A stretch of DNA of 58,592 bases from Candidatus Enterousia sp. GTDB taxonomy: Bacteria; Pseudomonadota; Alphaproteobacteria; Rs-D84. Made by a program: the position numbers and the translations under genes. Positions 46,532 to 55,965 of the stretch are shown piece by piece (within the stretch, counting starts at the first letter, position 1; each line of letters starts with the position of its first letter). The stretch is taken from the NCBI GenBank assembly GCA_045530935.1, contig JAZSDC010000022.1, positions 1 through 58,592 of the forward strand. Direction: 5' to 3'. The notes below the pieces were generated by a model. The model was not told the origin of the DNA. It made no database searches and saw only the letters and a list, made by a program, of their open reading frames with translations.

Positions 46532-47851
46532 ATGTTAAAGCGTGTCTTGGTCACGGTTGTGGCATTGTTTGTTTCTGTGTGGTCTGCGCATGCGGAATTA
46601 AAGGTTGATATTATTGCGGGCGCGGCCCAGCCGATTTCAATCGCGGTCCAAAAATTTGAAACAGGTGATGGGGTGCGTGCAAAAGATGCCGCCATGATGC
46701 GCAGCGTCGTTGAAAACGATTTAAAGCGAACAGGTTTATTTCGTATCGTTAATCATGATGCGTTTCCTGAATATGTAAAAATGCACGCGATGCCGACTTT
46801 TAAAACATGGGCGGCGATTAAGACACAGGTTTTAGTCCAGGCGAAATTAACAGCAGAATCAGATAATCGTTATAAACTGGATTTCTTTGTATGGGATGTT
46901 GATGGGCGCGAACAGATAGAGGCCCAGTCACTGGTTGCAACGCGCAAGACGGCGCGTCGTATGGCACATATTATGGCAGATGCGATTTATGAACGCCTGA
47001 CAGGCGAGGTTGGATATTTTGATACTCAGATTGTCTTTATTGCGGAAACAGGTGATGTGGCACAGCGTGAAAAGCGTTTGGCAATTATGGACCAAGATGG
47101 GGCAGGGTTGCGTTATTTATCTGATCTTGGGGTGATGGTTATGTCGCCGCATTTTTCGCCGAATATGCAATCGATTGTATTTTTGTCTTATTATAATGAT
47201 GATCCAATGGTGTGGAGTTTGGATTTAAATACTGGTGAACAGCGTCGTCTGGGGCAGTTTGGTGGAATGAATTTTGCGCCGCGTTTTTCCCCAGATGGTT
47301 CGCGTGTCGCAATATCATTGGTAAAAAATGGTATTACGCACATATATGAATTTAATTTGGAAACGAATGAATTGCGTCAATTAACATTTGGTAATTCGAT
47401 TAATACTAGTCCTTCGTATTCCCCGGATGGCAAAAAAATGGCGTTTAATTCAGACCGTTCAGGGCGTCAACAAATTCATGTCTTGGATTTAGAGACAGGT
47501 GCTGTTGAACGTATTACCTATGGGGCGGGGCGATATGCAACGCCTGCATGGTCGCCGGATGGTCAGTTTATCGCGTTTACAAAAATTGCAGAAGATACTT
47601 TCTATGTTGGTATTATGGACCCGCGTGGGCGCAATGAAAAGATTTTGGCGGGTGGTTGGTTTATGGAGGCACCATCTTGGGCGCCAGGATCACGTCGAAT
47701 TGTTTATTATGAAACGGAAAAACATTTAGATGGCATAGATAGAATCAGTCATATTCGCAGTGTCGATATAACAGGACAGAATTTCTATGATATTGAATTA
47801 CCAGATGGTGTGAATGGATTAGAACCAACGTGGTCGCCAAAGTTGCCATAA
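46532..47851 (+). CDS. tolB: Tol-Pal system beta-propeller protein TolB
   Basis: Start at MLKRVLVTVVALFVSVWSAHA (SD ggaaagga). Repeated P.wSPDG.x.aF propeller blades. Confidence 0.9.
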   Translation: MLKRVLVTVVALFVSVWSAHAELKVDIIAGAAQPISIAVQKFETGDGVRAKDAAMMRSVVENDLKRTGLFRIVNHDAFPEYVKMHAMPTFKTWAAIKTQVLVQAKLTAESDNRYKLDFFVWDVDGREQIEAQSLVATRKTARRMAHIMADAIYERLTGEVGYFDTQIVFIAETGDVAQREKRLAIMDQDGAGLRYLSDLGVMVMSPHFSPNMQSIVFLSYYNDDPMVWSLDLNTGEQRRLGQFGGMNFAPRFSPDGSRVAISLVKNGITHIYEFNLETNELRQLTFGNSINTSPSYSPDGKKMAFNSDRSGRQQIHVLDLETGAVERITYGAGRYATPAWSPDGQFIAFTKIAEDTFYVGIMDPRGRNEKILAGGWFMEAPSWAPGSRRIVYYETEKHLDGIDRISHIRSVDITGQNFYDIELPDGVNGLEPTWSPKLP

Positions 47852-47857
47852 GTATAC

Positions 47858-48268
47858 ATGTACAAGATTTTTGTTATATTCTTGATGGTTTGTGTGTCGA
47901 TGGCTGCCGGTGCGGTACCTGCGGTGGTGGATTATGTTGTTGATGGTGATACATTGGCTGCACATGTTAATGTTGCAGATGGGGTTCGGGTTCCTGTGCG
48001 TGTACGTTTGATTAATATAGATACCCCAGAATTAAATGGCGATTGTGAAGCAGAGGTGAACAAGGCGCATCGTGCGCGTATGCGTATGCAACAAATATTA
48101 CCGCGTGGAACAGTAATTCAGTTAAAAAATATCAAAGATGATAAATATTTGGGGCGGATTGATGCAAATGTTGTAATTGATGGCGATGATGTTGGGGATG
48201 TAATGGTTCGTGAAAATTTAGCTCGTAAATATTCTGGTGGACGTCGACAGTCATGGTGTAAAAAATAA
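47858..48268 (+). CDS. secreted thermonuclease (SNase-like)
   Basis: Signal peptide. VVDGDTL...VRLINIDTPE...DKYLGRIDANV...ENLARKY. Confidence 0.75.
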   Translation: MYKIFVIFLMVCVSMAAGAVPAVVDYVVDGDTLAAHVNVADGVRVPVRVRLINIDTPELNGDCEAEVNKAHRARMRMQQILPRGTVIQLKNIKDDKYLGRIDANVVIDGDDVGDVMVRENLARKYSGGRRQSWCKK

Positions 48269-48292
48269 CACGCCCAAGTGGGCGTTTTATTT
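48268..48292. terminator. hairpin terminator between convergent genes
   Basis: acgccca / ag / tgggcgt followed by ttttatttt. Confidence 0.55.
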
Positions 48293-48301
48293 TGTTTATT
48301 A

Positions 48302-49087
48302 TTATTGGTAATATGCATTAGATGAACAATAATATGTTCCAGAATATGAAGAACTGCTCCATGCGGGTTTCGAGGAGCCTTGCATATAGCATTGGTTAAT
48401 GCCGGTTGCGCCGGTGGTGCTTAGGCCGTTGTAACCGCTTTGTGTGGGGCATGCGGTGCACAGTGTGCCACTAATTGCATAATATCCAGCGTTGCATTTA
48501 AATGTTTCAGTACCGCCCATGCATGTTGCGTTGGATGGACATTGGGTGCAGTATTGACCGGATGCGGCATCGGGGGTATGATAATATCCGGTGTTGCATA
48601 CGTATGTGGAACCATTACCACCCATACATGTTGCGCCCGATGGACATTCGACGCAGCCGTTGGCGGACACAGGCCTTATGCTAGCTGTGCTGGGGTTAGC
48701 GGTCCCATAGTATCCGGTTGCGCATTGTATTGAATATGAGTTTTCGCATGTACAGTAAAGGACGCCACTGGTTGGGTTGCAAGTTGATGTAAGAATGCCG
48801 CCAACGTCTTGTATTTTGTAACCGATCAAGTACGTCTGAGGCATTCCTGTTGCGGCGCATTTGTCTGCTGCGCATACGCCATCTGCGCCCATTTGACAGG
48901 TTTCTGAATCATATGTTAGCCCAGCTGTATCAATATTCGAGCACAAAAGAGGCAGTACGCACTGCAGATCTGTTGCATTTGCGTTTGATGATATGTGTTG
49001 GGTAGTAAGGATTGCAAAGGCCCCCATAAATATTTTAGCAACGCATCTGGATATATAAATTGTGTTTGATAAAATATGATTTCGCAT
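48302..49087 (-). CDS. secreted cysteine-rich repeat protein (CxxGYY / C.CP...C.GG repeats)
   Basis: Start at MRNHIL (SD gggggaaaaga). Signal-like segment ending SSNANA. Three repeats of the form C(A/N)(T/A)GYY....C..CP(S)(G/N)ATCMGG....C. Confidence 0.6.
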   Translation of the reverse strand: MRNHILSNTIYISRCVAKIFMGAFAILTTQHISSNANATDLQCVLPLLCSNIDTAGLTYDSETCQMGADGVCAADKCAATGMPQTYLIGYKIQDVGGILTSTCNPTSGVLYCTCENSYSIQCATGYYGTANPSTASIRPVSANGCVECPSGATCMGGNGSTYVCNTGYYHTPDAASGQYCTQCPSNATCMGGTETFKCNAGYYAISGTLCTACPTQSGYNGLSTTGATGINQCYMQGSSKPAWSSSSYSGTYYCSSNAYYQ

Positions 49088-49160
49088 TCTTTTCCCCCAT
49101 AGATTTGATTTTTTTCTGATACGATGATAATAAAAAAAATCTGGCATTGCCAGAATTATT

Positions 49161-49868
49161 TTATGCACTGTGACGATTTATTGCTTCACTGATTTCGTCT
49201 AGTGATGCATTGCATGGTAATAATGGTTCAAACCATACGTTGGCAGTTCCAGAATTCATGCGGCCATGTTTGGGCCAATATAGTCCAGCATCTGTTCCAA
49301 CAGGCAAAATTGGTAATTTTAATGTGTGGGCCAACAATAACAGACCGCGCTTTAATGGAATGCGTTCACCTGGTTTTGCGCGTGTGCCTTCGGGAAATAT
49401 GACCAATGTGCCGCCGTCCAGTACGCGTTTTTCAACGTCGTCGGCTAATTTCTTCATGTTTGTTTTGCCACGGGCACGATTTACGCCCAACATGCCACAA
49501 CGCCAAAACGCCCACCCATAAATTGGTATCCATAACAGTTCGCGTTTCATGATAAAAAATGAATTTGGTACAACGCGTGAGATAACAGCAATCTCTAGGA
49601 TAGACATGTGTTTGGCGGCAATGATTGATTTGCCGTCCAGACGCTTGTTCTCGTTCGGCATGGCTGGTATGCCGTTTTCTTCGGTTTGGGGATAGTGCAC
49701 GTTATATCGTATGCCACAAATCAGGCGCGCCAATACCAATACGCCGGCGGCGTCGGTGAATACAAATTTACGAGATAGCTTTTTTGAAACCAAACCGATT
49801 AACAGTAATGGCGACCATAACAGAAAGTATATTGGTAAGATGATTTTAAATAGTATCGTGCGTATCAT
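49161..49868 (-). CDS. plsC: 1-acyl-sn-glycerol-3-phosphate acyltransferase
   Basis: N-terminal TM segment. AKHMSILE (HX4D-type box ending in E) and FPEGTRAK. Confidence 0.8.
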   Translation of the reverse strand: MIRTILFKIILPIYFLLWSPLLLIGLVSKKLSRKFVFTDAAGVLVLARLICGIRYNVHYPQTEENGIPAMPNENKRLDGKSIIAAKHMSILEIAVISRVVPNSFFIMKRELLWIPIYGWAFWRCGMLGVNRARGKTNMKKLADDVEKRVLDGGTLVIFPEGTRAKPGERIPLKRGLLLLAHTLKLPILPVGTDAGLYWPKHGRMNSGTANVWFEPLLPCNASLDEISEAINRHSA

Positions 49869-49893
49869 ATTTATTTCCCTTTTCTTGTTGTGT

Positions 49894-50409
49894 TCAGCTT
49901 TCTTTTATTCCAATCATTGTGACAATGTATTTTATATATTCAGTTGTCCATCTTTCAAGTCTTTTTGCAGGGGGCATTCCTGTTAAAATTGCAGGGCATG
50001 TAACAATTTCTGTTTCGGGTAATTCTGATTGAACCAGGTATTTGGCACGATTCATGTGGTCTTCGGTTGTGATTATTACCAGGCGTGTCAGATTGCGGGT
50101 GTGCGCAATGTCGCGTATCGCACGTGCGTTTTGATATGTGGATTTTGATTCGGATTCAATTATCGCAGGACGTGAAATGTCAATATGACCCTGGGCCCCG
50201 GCGCCAATGATGTATAAGTTTGCGTTGGGAAATTCTTGCATTTTACGAATCGCAAATGGAATGCGACGTTCGTCGCCGGTCAGTACAAATATACTGTCGT
50301 CAGGGCGTATCGTGCCACACTGAACCGGGGCGGTGGATTTAAATATCATGCCACCCAGGATAAAACAACTGAATATTAAAAATGTTGGTGTCAGGATGCG
50401 TGGTGCCAT
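49894..50409 (-). CDS. DUF218 (YdcF/ElyC/SanA-like) protein
   Basis: N-terminal TM segment. IFVLTGDERRIPFAI...LYIIGAG...NARAIRD...LVIITTEDHMNRA. Confidence 0.7.
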   Translation of the reverse strand: MAPRILTPTFLIFSCFILGGMIFKSTAPVQCGTIRPDDSIFVLTGDERRIPFAIRKMQEFPNANLYIIGAGAQGHIDISRPAIIESESKSTYQNARAIRDIAHTRNLTRLVIITTEDHMNRAKYLVQSELPETEIVTCPAILTGMPPAKRLERWTTEYIKYIVTMIGIKES

Positions 50410-50414
50410 ATGTA

Positions 50415-51257
50415 TCAGCTGTTCTTTAATATTTTTAGTGTTGTTTTATGGGTTATTGTTATTGCAAATATAATTATTGCAATTGGCAGTAATGTTAATG
50501 CAAGCCATCCATATGTTGATATGCCAATCATCGCCATTAACCCAATGCGTGTACGATGAGCCGCAGATATAATTAACAGTAATACAGGGCATGCCGCTAA
50601 AAAACCAATGCCGGTTGCAGTCGCGGATATTTTCGCAACAATAATTTGCATCTGGCGTGCAATAAATTTATCAGATGCGCCAATTTGATTCAATATTTCC
50701 AGCTCGCGACGGTGTAACATGGCGGTGTTGCGCGCAATGTACGATATGCAAATCCCAATCGCCCCCAGAATCATTGCCAGTATCAATGTCGACATTAGTA
50801 TGATTTGTATGCCAACACTGGTCGATGATTTTAGTGCCTTGGCGTGTGGTAAAAAGCGGGCGGTGCCAGATATCTTTTTTTCAAATTCTGTCATGGCATC
50901 GGCAGAATTGAATTTTATTTCCCACATCGCAGGCAGGTAATTTTTTAATATGTTGTTGTTCCCGGATATCCATGGTGACATCAAGTCTTGCATTTGATTT
51001 GTGCTGATTTGGGTCGATTGGGCGATTTGTTCCGCGCTGTCTTGGATAATTTTTTTTGCGGTGTCTTGTTTGTTTGTGTCCATAACCTGGACCGTGGCGA
51101 CCAAATCCCATTGTGCATTCCAGCGCATTATCCCGGTTCCAATGGATAGTGCCAGCCCCAATGCCAATACCGATAAAAATGCCAGCAGGGACATAATTGT
51201 TGTCATGAACATGGATTGTTCGCGTACTAGTGAAAATACAACAGGTTTTTTAATCAT
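50415..51257 (-). CDS. ftsX: cell division permease FtsX-like
   Basis: Four TM segments with a periplasmic loop. Directly downstream of ftsE. Confidence 0.7.
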   Translation of the reverse strand: MIKKPVVFSLVREQSMFMTTIMSLLAFLSVLALGLALSIGTGIMRWNAQWDLVATVQVMDTNKQDTAKKIIQDSAEQIAQSTQISTNQMQDLMSPWISGNNNILKNYLPAMWEIKFNSADAMTEFEKKISGTARFLPHAKALKSSTSVGIQIILMSTLILAMILGAIGICISYIARNTAMLHRRELEILNQIGASDKFIARQMQIIVAKISATATGIGFLAACPVLLLIISAAHRTRIGLMAMIGISTYGWLALTLLPIAIIIFAITITHKTTLKILKNS

Positions 51258-51259
51258 TT

Positions 51260-52048
51260 TTATGCATTCCCAATGTCGTCAAATTGTTTCGATAATTCTG
51301 TAAAATAATTTTGGGGTTTAGGGCCACGCCAAATTTTCTTGGGTTCTGAATCGGTGGGCGCTGCCTTGGTGGTGCCGGTGAATGTAACGCGGTGATTGTT
51401 TACGTGAATAACAGGAAATTTATATGTTTCCATTAATTTTGTATTGTGTGTCGCAAGAATTATCGTGGTGCCAAACATCTTGTTCATTTGTATGAATAAT
51501 TCCATCAGGCGTGACGCGTTTTCATCGTCCAGGTTTCCTGTTGGTTCGTCGGCCAGTAAAATTGTAGGCTGAATCGTAATTGCACGTGCAACCGATACGC
51601 GCTGTTTTTGCCCGCCAGATAAGGTTAATGGATTTGCATCGGCGTATTTACCCAAACCAACCCAATCTAATACCTTGGTCACCAGTTGTTTAATCTTAAC
51701 CTCTGGCATGTTGCGTACACGCAGGGGCAGGGCGACATTATCAAAAACACTAAGGTGTGACAGCAGTGAATAATCTTGGAATACAATCGCCATTTTCTGA
51801 CGAATTTGTGTTATTTCGTCGCGGGTCATGTCGTTGGTTATTTTGCCAAATAATTTTATTTGACCACGTGATGGCTTGTGTAATTGATATATCAGGCGCA
51901 ATAAAGTCGTTTTGCCGGCGCCAGATGCACCAGATAAAAAATAAAAGCCACCGTTGCTGATGTTAAATGAAACATCAGTTAATATGTCAGGCGTTCCGTC
52001 ATAACGTGCCGCCACATTTGCAAATGATATTGCTGTCTTTTCTTCCAT
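51260..52048 (-). CDS. ftsE: cell division ATP-binding protein FtsE (with ~40-aa C-terminal extension)
   Basis: Walker A GASGAGKTT, signature LSGGQKQR, Walker B LLADEPTGNLD. Confidence 0.85.
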   Translation of the reverse strand: MEEKTAISFANVAARYDGTPDILTDVSFNISNGGFYFLSGASGAGKTTLLRLIYQLHKPSRGQIKLFGKITNDMTRDEITQIRQKMAIVFQDYSLLSHLSVFDNVALPLRVRNMPEVKIKQLVTKVLDWVGLGKYADANPLTLSGGQKQRVSVARAITIQPTILLADEPTGNLDDENASRLMELFIQMNKMFGTTIILATHNTKLMETYKFPVIHVNNHRVTFTGTTKAAPTDSEPKKIWRGPKPQNYFTELSKQFDDIGNA

Positions 52049-52155
52049 GGGGTGAATATAGAAAAAAAATTATTAATGGTCAATATTTGTTTTTTTTGTG
52101 TTTGGTTGTTTCGTCGTTTTATGGTATACTTAGGAAAAAAGGAAAGGGGTTATTT

Positions 52156-52827
52156 ATGAGCAAAGTTATGTCTGCTGCCGTGTTGGGGGCGCTGGTTATG
52201 TTTGGTGGGGCGCATGCGGCGCCAGTTTCGTCACAGCCAAATATGTTGCAGCGTTTGTTTGGCGGTCAATGGTATGGTGCGATTCGTGGTGAAGCGTCTT
52301 TTTTAAATTGGAAAAATGAGTATTCATCAGATGCTGATGTTGATGGCACGTCAGAAAGATTTTCGTTTGAACCTGTTTTTGGTGCTTCTTTGGCGATTGG
52401 GCATGTTGGTGATAATAATTGGCGTGGTGAAGTAGAAGCAGGGCTGATTGGACGTTTTTCGGACAGTGGATATGGCGCAGATTTTAAGCTGACTATACCA
52501 TATGTGTCGGTTAATGCGTTGCATGATTTTGATAATAATGTCTTTGTTGGGGCAGGGTTGGGATTGGCGCTGCCTAAGGTTGATTTAAGTTGGTACACGT
52601 TTGAAGTTGATGAACGTGAATTTTCACCAAAGTTTGATTTGATGGCGGGATATTCGCATCAACTGGATTCGCGGGTAAGCTTGGAATTCCGTTACAAGCT
52701 GTCTGTGTTGTTCGGGCCGGATGTCAAGGCGCAGGGAATTTCAAACTCTGGTGATTATTGGCTGAAAACAGATGTGGGAACAATTTTTGCTAATTCATTT
52801 TCTATTGGGTTAAGGTATATTTTCTAA
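52156..52827 (+). CDS. small outer-membrane beta-barrel protein
   Basis: SD ggaaagggg then ATG 52156. Signal peptide ..GGAHA|AP. Ends SFSIGLRYIF. The longer ORF from 51967 overlaps ftsE and is rejected. Confidence 0.65.
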   Translation: MSKVMSAAVLGALVMFGGAHAAPVSSQPNMLQRLFGGQWYGAIRGEASFLNWKNEYSSDADVDGTSERFSFEPVFGASLAIGHVGDNNWRGEVEAGLIGRFSDSGYGADFKLTIPYVSVNALHDFDNNVFVGAGLGLALPKVDLSWYTFEVDEREFSPKFDLMAGYSHQLDSRVSLEFRYKLSVLFGPDVKAQGISNSGDYWLKTDVGTIFANSFSIGLRYIF

Positions 52828-52910
52828 GAAAATGAATTTTTTGCAAAAAAGTCGGTTGACCCCGATTCGTTAGATGTGATAAAGTTGGACATAAGTAGAG
52901 AGAAGAAATT

Positions 52911-53780
52911 ATGGAACAAAAGTTTAAAATATCGTTGCTGTCAGTTGTGTGCGTGTTGTGCGCGGCGGTGACGTTGCCTGGGTATGGCGCTGCTTCGGTT
53001 CGTTCGTTGGGCGGGGCGGGCACATATGTCGGTACATCTGGTGCGGCGGCTGCGAAAAGAAACGGTGTTTCGAATTCTGTTAATTCTGCGCGTGCAGGTT
53101 CTATGCGTGTAAATAAGTCTGATGCGGCAACATCTGGATCGCGTATTAGTGCAACGCGTGCGTCTGGAACGCCGCGTTTGTCAATTGGTAAATATTTATC
53201 AGGGTCCAGTATGATTAACCCAGGACAATCGGTGTCTGGTGGTGTTGCAAGCGGTAGACCTGGTGGCTCAGATGATAAACCAAGTGGGTTAGAGGCGCGT
53301 GTAGACGCGTTGGAAGCGTACGTTGATTTTGATGCGGATGCCCAAGAAAATATCGCGGACAAGGTTGCAGCTGTTTCAGACAGGATTGAAAGCTTGGTTT
53401 TGGATGTTGATAAGTTGTCTCAAGATTTGTCCCAGGTCACAGGTGAACATACAGTTGTCGATTATGAAAATGGTGTTCTGACGGTTGTTCAGGATGGGCA
53501 GACATTTAATTATGAATTGAATAAAGTTTTTGCTGGCAAGGACGAGGTTGCGGCACTGCAGGATGCGATTGATGATATCCAGATGGGGAAAGAGGCGCTG
53601 ATTAATTATTATACTAAAACCGAAGTTGATGGATTGCTGGAAGGTTATGCGAAAAAGGGTGATGAAAGAGTTATAACTGCTGATATGTTAGACGTTGGTA
53701 ATGTGGCGCCGGGTGGTTTGCTGATGTTGCAAACAAATGCCCAGGGTGTGCCAGAATGGGTTGATGTGAATATTTACTAA
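52911..53780 (+). CDS. fibre-family protein A (divergent N-terminus, shared coiled-coil/C-terminal module)
   Basis: Signal-like MEQKFKISLLSVVCVLCAAVTLPGYGAAS, Ser/Gly/Arg-rich region, coiled coil (LEARVDALEAYVD..), tail-fibre-like YYTKTEVDGLLEGYAKKGD. Ends GGLLMLQTNAQGVPEWVDVNIY*. Confidence 0.6.
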   Translation: MEQKFKISLLSVVCVLCAAVTLPGYGAASVRSLGGAGTYVGTSGAAAAKRNGVSNSVNSARAGSMRVNKSDAATSGSRISATRASGTPRLSIGKYLSGSSMINPGQSVSGGVASGRPGGSDDKPSGLEARVDALEAYVDFDADAQENIADKVAAVSDRIESLVLDVDKLSQDLSQVTGEHTVVDYENGVLTVVQDGQTFNYELNKVFAGKDEVAALQDAIDDIQMGKEALINYYTKTEVDGLLEGYAKKGDERVITADMLDVGNVAPGGLLMLQTNAQGVPEWVDVNIY

Positions 53781-53819
53781 TTAAAAAAGAAAAATAAAAA
53801 ATAAGAAAGGAAGGAAAAG

Positions 53820-54722
53820 ATGAAAATAAAAAATATTATGTTCTCTGGTGTTATGGCGGCAATCTTGACATCAGTATGTGGTGCGGCCAGTGCGGCAACG
53901 GTTGATTTGGTTACCAAAGGCTATGTAGACAAGGCTGTTGCAACAAAGCAGGCTGATTTGGGATTGACAGCCGAAGGGTTGCAAGCAATTCAGACCGAAG
54001 CAGGCAAGGTTACAGGTATTGCACAACGTGTAGAAGCATTAGAAGGTGATATTGGCGAAATGCCTGTGGATGGTTTTACAATTAATGGTAATACGGTTAA
54101 TACAATTGTTGGGGCGATTAATGCGTTGGATACCAAGGTTGCGTCCAGTGAAGATGTTTCTGATTTGAAAGAGTTGGTGACAAACAGTGAAACAGGTTTG
54201 CAGAAACAATTGGCAGATGTTAAAAATTTGGTTGGCGACACATCAGTTGAGAGCCAGATTCAAGATGCAACAGCCGGTATGGTATCAGAAGGGGAGTTGA
54301 ATACAACATTGGCTGACTATGCCACAGATGAAGAAGTTAAAAACTTGGTTGGTGAAATACCAGTTGCAACCCAGATTCAAGATGCAACAGCCGGTATGAT
54401 TACAGAATCAAATATGACAGAAAAATTATCTGGCTATGCGACGGATAGTGAATTGCAGGCTGTGTCAAATGTTGCGAATGCTGCTTTGACAAAAGATGTT
54501 GCGGATACATTGTATGATGCGAAAAATGCAGCGGCAACAGTTAAATCTGAAATAGCAGCTGAAAATTACATCAGTGGTAATGGCGAAGCAGGTACATATC
54601 TGGTAACCAAAGATGGTAATGGCGGTGTTACATGGAATGCAGTTGTTATTGTCGATGAAGAAGGTAAAAATGCAATTACTGGTCAGACAATTGAACAGCC
54701 ATTGCCAGATGCTGGTGAATAA
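53820..54722 (+). CDS. fibre-family protein B
   Basis: Signal peptide MKIKNIMFSGVMAAILTSVCGAASA, then TVDLVTKGYVDKAV. Has 39-aa repeats (VKNLVG..QIQDATAGM). C-terminal motif AGTYLVTKDGNGGVTWNAV. Confidence 0.65.
   Translation: MKIKNIMFSGVMAAILTSVCGAASAATVDLVTKGYVDKAVATKQADLGLTAEGLQAIQTEAGKVTGIAQRVEALEGDIGEMPVDGFTINGNTVNTIVGAINALDTKVASSEDVSDLKELVTNSETGLQKQLADVKNLVGDTSVESQIQDATAGMVSEGELNTTLADYATDEEVKNLVGEIPVATQIQDATAGMITESNMTEKLSGYATDSELQAVSNVANAALTKDVADTLYDAKNAAATVKSEIAAENYISGNGEAGTYLVTKDGNGGVTWNAVVIVDEEGKNAITGQTIEQPLPDAGE
54219..54408 (+). repeat. 117-bp-period tandem repeat inside gene B
   Basis: gttaaaaa(t/c)ttggttgg... at 54219 and 54336. The 28-bp core ccagattcaagatgcaacagccggtatg is identical at 54254..54281 and 54371..54398. 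Confidence 0.85.
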
Positions 54723-54795
54723 TAAGGATATAAAAAACTGCTAAGGTCCCTGCCATAATGTGGGGTGCGTAAAAAAACGAAAGAAAGGAAAAAAA

Positions 54796-55872
54796 ATGAA
54801 AGTAAAAAATATTATGTTTTCAGGCATTATGGCAGCGATTTTGACATCTGTTGCAGGTAATGCCGGTGCTGCGATTTCTGTTGCATCCCAAGGGTATGTT
54901 GATACAGAAATTGGCAAGGTAAATGCCACAGTAACAAATTTGGAAACCAATATTACAAATAATTATGTAACAAACAATAATTTGGCAGGTGCAGTTGCAG
55001 ATGCAATTGAAAATGCAGAATCTGGAACATTGGCAGAAATTGATTCTGTTATTGATCAGGTTGGCAATTCAGAATCTGGTTTGGTTGCGGATGTTGATTC
55101 TTTGCAAAACGCGATTGGTGAAAATACAATCGGTGATTTGGGTACAGATGCCGAAGGTAATGCGATTACCAGTGTTGAATCTGCATTGGCGTTAAAAGAA
55201 GATGTTGCAAATAAAAAGACGTCGATGACCGCAGATGAATACAAGGCAATGTCCAGTTCAGACAAAGAAAAGTTCTATACATCTGTTGCAGCGGCAGAAA
55301 CAATTGCAAATGCAATTGTAACCCAGATTGAAGCTGATGCGGGCGATTTGTCTGACTTGCGTAGTGATGTTAATACTGCAATGAATGATATTGATGCATT
55401 GGAAGAATTGGTTGGTGAAACTTCTGTTCAATCACAAATTTCAACAGCAACTGCAGGTATGGTTACGACAGAAAACAAAGCAACAACATTGGCAGACTAT
55501 GCCACAGATGAAGAAGTTAAAAACTTGGTTGGTGAAACTTCTGTTCAATCACAAATTTCATCAGCATTGTCTTCTTATACTAATACCGAAGGGACCCAGA
55601 ACTTAATCGCAACTGCAAAACAAGAAGCGATTGATACAGCGGCAGGTGATGCGACAACCAAGGCGAATGATGCATTGGATTCCGCAAAGACTTATACAAA
55701 TGACGAGATTGCAAAATTAAGCGCACTGGCCAAGGCGTCGGTTCCAACAGAATGTTCGTCTGAATCTACGTATTGTGTGTTGTCATATAATGGTACAGAA
55801 TATTCATGGATGCCATTGACTGCGCCGGCAGAAACACCATCAAATTCAAATGGTGAAGAATTGCCAGAATAA
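54796..55872 (+). CDS. fibre-family protein C
   Basis: Signal peptide MKVKNIMFSGIMAAILTSVAGNAGA (near-copy of B), ISVASQGYVDTEIGKV, and 39-aa repeats. C-terminal motif PTECSSESTYCVLSYNGTEYSWMPL. ATG 54796 has the SD; 54760 is rejected. Confidence 0.65.
   Translation: MKVKNIMFSGIMAAILTSVAGNAGAAISVASQGYVDTEIGKVNATVTNLETNITNNYVTNNNLAGAVADAIENAESGTLAEIDSVIDQVGNSESGLVADVDSLQNAIGENTIGDLGTDAEGNAITSVESALALKEDVANKKTSMTADEYKAMSSSDKEKFYTSVAAAETIANAIVTQIEADAGDLSDLRSDVNTAMNDIDALEELVGETSVQSQISTATAGMVTTENKATTLADYATDEEVKNLVGETSVQSQISSALSSYTNTEGTQNLIATAKQEAIDTAAGDATTKANDALDSAKTYTNDEIAKLSALAKASVPTECSSESTYCVLSYNGTEYSWMPLTAPAETPSNSNGEELPE
55408..55560 (+). repeat. 117-bp-period tandem repeat inside gene C
   Basis: The 36-bp sequence ttggttggtgaaacttctgttcaatcacaaatttca is identical at 55408..55443 and 55525..55560. 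Confidence 0.85.
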
Positions 55873-55880
55873 AATTTAAA

Positions 55881-55911
55881 AAAAGGGCAAAAATATGTTT
55901 TTTGCCCTTTA
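55881..55911 (+). terminator. rho-independent terminator after gene C
   Basis: aagggcaaaaa / tatg / tttttgccctt. Confidence 0.7.
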
Positions 55912-55965
55912 CAGGATTAGGCAAAAAATGATATAATGCATCATACGAAAGGAAGGAAGGGAATT

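Noticed and set aside
46261-46695. ORFs 46261..46608(+) and 46315..46695(-) spanning the BrnA-like/tolB spacer.
   Set aside because: Their translations are Cys/Val/Phe or Thr/Asn-rich products of the GT-skewed spacer. They overlap the well-supported tolB signal peptide and the RHH gene, and neither has an SD.
51967-52155. Upstream extension of the OMP ORF (track 51967..52827).
   Set aside because: The extension overlaps the ftsE 5' end on the other strand. A strong SD plus ATG at 52156 yields a canonical signal peptide.
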